Below are positions 26,792 to 32,000 of a stretch of 32,000 bases of DNA, in pieces (position 1 is the first letter of the stretch; every line of letters starts with the position of its first letter). The stretch is from Crocosphaera subtropica ATCC 51142 (GTDB lineage Bacteria > Cyanobacteriota > Cyanobacteriia > Cyanobacteriales > Microcystaceae): positions 2,460,001 through 2,492,000 of the forward strand of contig NC_010546.1 of the NCBI RefSeq assembly GCF_000017845.1, read 5' to 3'. Below the pieces are notes generated by a model, which had not been told where the DNA came from, searched no databases, and worked only from the letters and a program-made list of their open reading frames with translations. The translations under genes were made by a program, and so were the position numbers.

Positions 26792-26970
26792 AGTCAGTCT
26801 CCTAAATAATCATTGATGGCGTTGTTAACAATAGGATTAATTTTATGGTGAAAGGGTGCAATTACGAACTCAGAAGTTAGAAGTGATTGAAAGTAACGGG
26901 GAGTTATGCTCTGATCCAAAAACTTTCGGTCCTAAGAGACAGGGTTTTAGACCCTCTTATCTTGATAACT

Positions 26971-27282
26971 CTAGGAAACACGGAATTGTTCTACTTCTTC
27001 TGTGAAATCTAAGGGTAGGACGGTGAGCAGATTTTCTGGTGGGTTAGGGACAATGTAATGACTCGATATTTTACCGTTATAGGAGCGTTCGGCCGCTTCT
27101 TTTCCTGCTTCCATAGCAATTTTTACCTCAGAAACGGGGCCACGAATGGCTACTAAAAACTCTCCACGTTCAGCTTTGTCAAAATACACAATTGTCACCC
27201 TTCCTCCTTTAACCATTGCATCAGCGGCCGCTAAAACGGCGGGAAATCCTACGGTTTGAATGACACCAACGGCTTGAGGCAT
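26971..27282 (-). CDS. ccmK3: Carboxysome shell protein CcmK3 (BMC-H)
   Basis: MPQAVGVIQTVGFPAVLAAADAMVKGGRVTIVYFDKAERGEFLVAIRGPVSEV...HYIVPNPPEN follows the CcmK3 pattern. It sits upstream of ccmK4, as in the known satellite ccmK3-ccmK4 locus. Confidence 0.8.
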   Translation of the reverse strand: MPQAVGVIQTVGFPAVLAAADAMVKGGRVTIVYFDKAERGEFLVAIRGPVSEVKIAMEAGKEAAERSYNGKISSHYIVPNPPENLLTVLPLDFTEEVEQFRVS

Positions 27283-27381
27283 AAGGGTAATGATGGGAAA
27301 AGCATGGGTTTATCTTGCTCACCTATCATATCACGATAGGGATTGTCCTATGCTCAGTCCCTAGACAATAATCAAATTTAA

Positions 27382-28260
27382 TTAATAATGAACGATACGA
27401 AAGCCAATATCATAAAGGGATGTCAGGGGATCGAGTTTAGTCCGATAAGCTGAACGACATTTACGAGGAGAACAATTCCATGATCCCCCCCTCAAGACTC
27501 GTCTTACTTCGTCGGTATGAGTGATCCAAGCTTGACCATTCTCAGGAGAACCGAGATAATTTTTATGCCAGAGATCCTCGCACCATTCTCTGACATTACC
27601 GTACATATCATAGAGTCCGAACCCATTAGCCACCCCAAAATGTCCCACGGGAGTGGTTTCCCGTCGATCTTGTCCTAATGGCCCTTGACCATAAGACCCT
27701 TTGCTGCAAATTTTTCCTTGATATTCCCAATTAACTCCTGAATAGTTGGCTAAGTCCGTGGTGATGGTTTCTCCAAAATGGAAAGGGGTCGTGGTATTAG
27801 CACGACAGGCGTATTCCCATTGGGCTTCACTAGGGAGATAATAGGCGCGTTGGCTATATTGGGACAACCTAGCACAAAATTCTAGAGCATCGTACCAAGA
27901 CACTTGTTCAACAGGATGATTAGGGTTAGAAAAATTAGCCGGATCGGGATCGAGAGATTGTTTAATACTAGGGAGTTTGGCAACTGCTTTCCATTGTTGT
28001 TGAGTAATGGGATATTTACTCATCCAAAAGGGTTTTAGAGTGACTGAGTGTTGAGGGGTTTGAGAGGGTAAGCATCCTTCTTCTGTCTTTAGAGACCCCA
28101 TATAAAAGGTTCCCCCTGGAACCGCTACCATTTCTAAACCACACTCATGTTCTAATTTTTCTAGGAAATATAGGCTTTTTTTATTTTCCCGTTGAATAAT
28201 TTTGCCTTGGGGGTTGACTGTGACAACCTCGAATTCATAAGAGGAGAGTTGAGTCGTCAT
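27382..28260 (-). CDS. Stand-alone formylglycine-generating-enzyme (FGE-sulfatase/SUMF1) domain protein
   Basis: MVAVPGGTFYMGS, HPVEQVSWYDALEFC, YYLPSEAQWEYACR, GLYDMYGNVREWCED, RVLRGGSWN, CRSAYR. Confidence 0.85.
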   Translation of the reverse strand: MTTQLSSYEFEVVTVNPQGKIIQRENKKSLYFLEKLEHECGLEMVAVPGGTFYMGSLKTEEGCLPSQTPQHSVTLKPFWMSKYPITQQQWKAVAKLPSIKQSLDPDPANFSNPNHPVEQVSWYDALEFCARLSQYSQRAYYLPSEAQWEYACRANTTTPFHFGETITTDLANYSGVNWEYQGKICSKGSYGQGPLGQDRRETTPVGHFGVANGFGLYDMYGNVREWCEDLWHKNYLGSPENGQAWITHTDEVRRVLRGGSWNCSPRKCRSAYRTKLDPLTSLYDIGFRIVHY

Positions 28261-28532
28261 GAAAACTATGAGATTAGGGAGTTTTACTAAAAGATTTTTA
28301 ATCTGTTGTGAGTTTCACCATAGAATACCATAGTTGCGTCTTCTGGGGGCAAGACTAGCATTCGTTGATAAATAATTAATAATTGATCATTTTATTCACC
28401 AAAAAAAGACATTTTTGATTAAAAATGTAATAAAAATTTATACTGTTTTTAAGATAATCTCAGCTACAATAACCTTATCAATTATCAAAAAATATATTGT
28501 ATCTTTGAAGGTTAAAATTAGGAGTCATTCTC

Positions 28533-30077
28533 ATGACAACGAGAGTCGGAATTTTAGTCGTTCATGGCATCGGTGAACAACGAAAGTTTGAAACAGTCGA
28601 AGAAATGGTCAGAGACATGGCAACGGCGTTAAAAACGGATACAAATCTTGCGGTTAGAATTATTATTAATGATCAAAATACAGGGGCTTATGGAGCCAGT
28701 CAACAAACTTGGCAAGCTGATAATAAAGAACCCTTAATTATTGAAATTAAAGATCAAAAAAATCAAGTAACAGAATTAGCCTTTAATGAAATTTGGTGGG
28801 CGGATCTTGGCGATCCAGTTAGCTTACAAACTGAACTAAGTTTTTGGGCATGGGGGTTATCTTTATGGTCAAGAAAACAATATATTAATCCTAATTTGGG
28901 AACTAGCGATCGTGTTAGACCACCGAAAGATATGCAGGGAAAAAAGCCTAAAATGGACTTAAAGGGTCGTTTGCAATTTTTTTGGGTATCTTTAGTGATT
29001 TTATTAGTTCTTCCTGTTCTATCTTTTTTAAGTGTCATTTTGCGTAAAGTATTGGGCTTCGATTTACGACCTGATGTTTTGGTTCAATATTTAGGGGATA
29101 TCAAACTTTATCAAGAAGGAAAACGAGAAGGAAAAGGACCTTTAGTTGATCTCGGTCAACCCCCTCGTGTTGCGATTCGACGACGTATGATCAAAGGGTT
29201 AGTTGAAATGAGTTTGCGAAATTATGATCGCTGGTATGTTTTATCCCATAGCTTAGGAACCATTGTTGCGTTTAATGGATTAATGGAAACTGAGGAAGCG
29301 TTACCTAATTATTTGAATCAAGAATTATGGAAACAATGGGCAACTCGGCCGGATTTTAAACCTCAAAAAGCAGCGAAAGGATTAACCCCAGAAGAAGAAA
29401 AAAAGATGTTTCCCTCTCGTCCTGCTTGGTTAGATCATAATGATATTATTGCCCGTTCAGAATTGTTTAAAAATCTTCAGGGATTTGTTACTTATGGTTC
29501 TCCTTTAAGTAAGTTTGGTGTGGTTTGGCCCGGAATTGTTCCTGTTAATAAAAATAATCGTGTTTTTAACCCTAAATTTGAATGGTTAAATGTTTATGAT
29601 CCCACTGATCCCGTAGCTGGAAGAACCGCATTATTTAACTTTCAAACCACTGGGGACAAGCAACAACCTCAAGAAATTGCTTATAAAGCAGAAGGAATTC
29701 ATTTGTTAAGTCACGTTGAATATTTGAATTATAAACCAACTCGAAAAACTCCATTAGTGAAACAATTAGTCTACTGGATATTAGAAGGAAATTCGTTTCA
29801 ACCAGGAGAACCCTCTTTAGGATGGCCTCAACCTTCTGTGATTTCAATTTATCAGAATATTCGTCTCCTCATTTGGCTAGTTGTTGGCATTTTAATTTCT
29901 TGGGTGTTAGGTTTTTTTGTTCGCTTTACGTTACCGGATACTATCAAAACAATAATACAAAAAATTCCTTATCTAGATTTAGCAAATCCCTTGACTTATA
30001 TTGGATTAGGAATCATTATTGTCTTAATTGTTGGCATTCTTATGAGAGTGTTCCAATTGAATACTAACTCAAATTAA
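28533..30077 (+). CDS. Membrane-embedded alpha/beta-hydrolase-like (lipase/esterase-type) protein; function unknown
   Basis: ATG at 28533 preceded by AGGAG. The motifs run in canonical hydrolase order: ILVVHGIGEQ (HG oxyanion type), VLSHSLGT (GxSxG-like, Ser at codon 240), VYDPTDPVAG, then GIHLLSHVEY. Hydrophobic segments lie at about codons 147-170, 443-465 and 486-507. Confidence 0.6.
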   Translation: MTTRVGILVVHGIGEQRKFETVEEMVRDMATALKTDTNLAVRIIINDQNTGAYGASQQTWQADNKEPLIIEIKDQKNQVTELAFNEIWWADLGDPVSLQTELSFWAWGLSLWSRKQYINPNLGTSDRVRPPKDMQGKKPKMDLKGRLQFFWVSLVILLVLPVLSFLSVILRKVLGFDLRPDVLVQYLGDIKLYQEGKREGKGPLVDLGQPPRVAIRRRMIKGLVEMSLRNYDRWYVLSHSLGTIVAFNGLMETEEALPNYLNQELWKQWATRPDFKPQKAAKGLTPEEEKKMFPSRPAWLDHNDIIARSELFKNLQGFVTYGSPLSKFGVVWPGIVPVNKNNRVFNPKFEWLNVYDPTDPVAGRTALFNFQTTGDKQQPQEIAYKAEGIHLLSHVEYLNYKPTRKTPLVKQLVYWILEGNSFQPGEPSLGWPQPSVISIYQNIRLLIWLVVGILISWVLGFFVRFTLPDTIKTIIQKIPYLDLANPLTYIGLGIIIVLIVGILMRVFQLNTNSN

Positions 30078-30134
30078 AGTTACAATAGATTAGGTGATAA
30101 AAAATAAAGAATAAGATGCCTCACATTGTCTTAA

Positions 30135-30923
30135 TCAAACATTATTAGAAATCAAGAATTTTACCAATTCACAAAACCCATCAATTTCTGATAAATTAGT
30201 TAGATAGACAGGATGATATTGTAATTTTTCTGTATATTTGAGAATATTATTAACCCCAACAGAAATGGGAAATATATCTAGGTTAAATAAACTTTCATCA
30301 TTAGGACTATCTCCTACAGTCATAATCTCTTGACAAGATAAATGTTTAAAATACGCTTCTTTGAGACTCATTAATGCTTTGGCTTTATTCTGTTCTAAGG
30401 GTTTAAGATGTCCTTGAATATGACTATAGGTAAAACCCCAATTATTTTGATCACAAATGTCTTTGATGTTTAGTAATTCTTCTTGTGTTAATTCATGACA
30501 ATCAAAAGTCCAATCTGTAATTCTAAATTGATTATCGCTAGAAGTAATGAGTTGAGGAAATTGAGACTTTAAATATTCAAAGTTATGTTGTAATGATTGA
30601 CGATGTTTTACTACATCATCGATAGCTGTTAATGGGATTATTTTTTGATTATCTTTTAAACAATAAACTCCTCCATTTTCAGAAATAATTCCCCACACAG
30701 GTAAATAGTTAACAATTCCTTGACACCATCCTGCTGATCGTCCTGTGATCAGGATAACTTTTATATGATGTTTTTGTAATTGTTCTAAAGTTGATAATAA
30801 TTGACTACTAAATTCACCTTTTTTAGTTAAGGTTCCATCAATATCAGTGGCAATAATTTTTATATTTTTTAAATGTTTAATGATTAATTGTTGAGTTATT
30901 CTTTTTAAAGTCATTTCAGACAA
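30135..30923 (-). CDS. HAD-IIB family phosphatase (Cof/sucrose-phosphatase-like)
   Basis: Motif I ATDIDGTL, motif II ITGRS, motif IV GDSPNDESLF. Confidence 0.85.
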   Translation of the reverse strand: MSEMTLKRITQQLIIKHLKNIKIIATDIDGTLTKKGEFSSQLLSTLEQLQKHHIKVILITGRSAGWCQGIVNYLPVWGIISENGGVYCLKDNQKIIPLTAIDDVVKHRQSLQHNFEYLKSQFPQLITSSDNQFRITDWTFDCHELTQEELLNIKDICDQNNWGFTYSHIQGHLKPLEQNKAKALMSLKEAYFKHLSCQEIMTVGDSPNDESLFNLDIFPISVGVNNILKYTEKLQYHPVYLTNLSEIDGFCELVKFLISNNV

Positions 30924-31100
30924 TTATCCTCAATTAAAAGATATCATCTTCCTAAAATAATCTATATTTTAGGTGTTTAATTAAGTATATGATACTTCAA
31001 TAAATTAATATAGAAATTCCCCAGAATGAAATTAAAATAAACATAGTGAAAATAATCATCATACTAATGTCCTGAAAAGAGTGATTATCAATAATTTGTG

Positions 31101-32000
31101 CTAAATTGATGGCTTTCCCAAGCGATAGGATTCTGCTTTCACTAATAAAGATGTTGCAAATTCCATAGCATCTTCTGATGAATGTCCCCCTGTTAATTGT
31201 GCTAATTCTTCCCTTCTGTTTTGAATGTTTTCTAATGCTTTAACCCTGACAACAGTTCTTAATTCGGGTAAACTTAATTGTCCATTTTCTTCATTTTGTA
31301 GTTGGGATAGTTCTTCAATAATTTGCTTTTCTACACGAAAATGATTTTCCGCCATTGCTGCTACTAAAGGTTGATGGGTAACACATAAAACTTGATAGGT
31401 TTCGCTTAAATTGTGTAATTTTTCTGCGATCGCTTGAGCTACTTTTCCTGATACGCCGGCATCAATTTCGTCAAAAATCAAGGTACTCGAAGATTTTTCT
31501 GACTTAGCAAAACAAGCTTTTAATGCTAAGAGAAAACGACTCATTTCCCCCCCTGAGGCAGTACGGGATAAGGGTTGTATTTTTTCCCCTGGGTTGGGAC
31601 TAAAATAAAAGACCACTTTATCACTACCATTCATGCTAGGAGGACAAGGGGTGATTTGACAGACAAATATCACTTTATCCATAGCCAAAGGTTTTAATTC
31701 TTTGACTAATTGTTTCTCTAATTTTGTGGCTGCTTTCTGTCTTAATAGGGTTAAGTCTTGACAGGTTTTAACTAAGTTTTCGTAAGCGAGATTATACTCT
31801 TTTTCTAACTTTTCAATGGACTGTTCACTATCATTTAATTCCTCTAGTTCAGCCCTTAGTTTCTCATATAAACTAATAGCATCGGCTAAATCAGGCCCAT
31901 ATTTGCGACAAATCCGCTTAATTAGGTTAATTCTCTCTTCTACCTCTGTTAATCGCTGTGGATCAGCTTCTAATCTGTCTCCGTAGCCATTTATCTCTTT
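31101..32000 (-). CDS. recN: DNA repair protein RecN, C-terminal about 300 codons (5' end beyond the window)
   Basis: SGGEMSRFLLALK signature and LIFDEIDAGVSG Walker B. I translated 31689-32000 by hand in the same frame and found no stop (coiled-coil sequence ...LEELNDSEQSIEKLEKEY...). The ORF is therefore open to the window edge. Confidence 0.9.
   Translation of the reverse strand, partial: KEINGYGDRLEADPQRLTEVEERINLIKRICRKYGPDLADAISLYEKLRAELEELNDSEQSIEKLEKEYNLAYENLVKTCQDLTLLRQKAATKLEKQLVKELKPLAMDKVIFVCQITPCPPSMNGSDKVVFYFSPNPGEKIQPLSRTASGGEMSRFLLALKACFAKSEKSSSTLIFDEIDAGVSGKVAQAIAEKLHNLSETYQVLCVTHQPLVAAMAENHFRVEKQIIEELSQLQNEENGQLSLPELRTVVRVKALENIQNRREELAQLTGGHSSEDAMEFATSLLVKAESYRLGKPSI

Noticed and set aside
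26865-26873. CGAACTCAG 9-mer in the ccmK3-ccmK4 spacer as another relic of the heptamer-element family
   Set aside because: A single 9-mer match has a chance expectation of about 0.2-0.3 in this window, and no flanking similarity is present.
30997-31062. 21-codon hydrophobic micro-ORF (MMIIFTMFILISFWGISILIY) on the minus strand between recN and the HAD gene
   Set aside because: It has no SD-like sequence and does not match any small photosystem or cytochrome subunit I can recall. AT-rich spacers readily encode Ile/Phe/Leu runs. It would be worth revisiting only if ribosome profiling shows translation.

Overview
This is a cyanobacterial chromosomal segment. The evidence is at least 10 copies of the HIP1 palindrome GCGATCGC plus the gene content: ccmK3/ccmK4, a GluR0-type channel, xisH/xisI, a pilin-like G/H protein and a Mo-nitrogenase-C-domain protein. 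It looks like an AT-rich unicellular lineage, but that is inference only. Most of the window is ordinary housekeeping: peroxiredoxin, fabG, recJ, photolyase, msrA, recN, an L,D-transpeptidase, a HAD phosphatase and an ECF sigma module. I found no rRNA, tRNA or CRISPR. Three things stand out. (1) A small accessory islet at about 8.8-11.4 kb carries xisH/xisI, a decayed HTH ORF, an Mrr-type nuclease and an orphan MNT nucleotidyltransferase. A decayed hyuB sits on its left flank. (2) A family of small MITE-like elements is built around heptanucleotide tandem arrays, and one copy interrupts xisH. Removing 119 bp in silico restores that reading frame. (3) Several poorly characterised gene sets are present: a membrane-embedded alpha/beta-hydrolase-like protein divergent from a stand-alone FGE-domain protein next to ccmK3-ccmK4, a six-gene co-directional ECF-sigma/Spy-like/ABC/serine-hydrolase block, and a TerB-like/Mo-nitro_C fusion. 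I cannot show that any of these is a genuinely new system. They are ranked as candidates with explicit tests. Family assignments rest on motifs read by eye and recalled family signatures, not on database searches.
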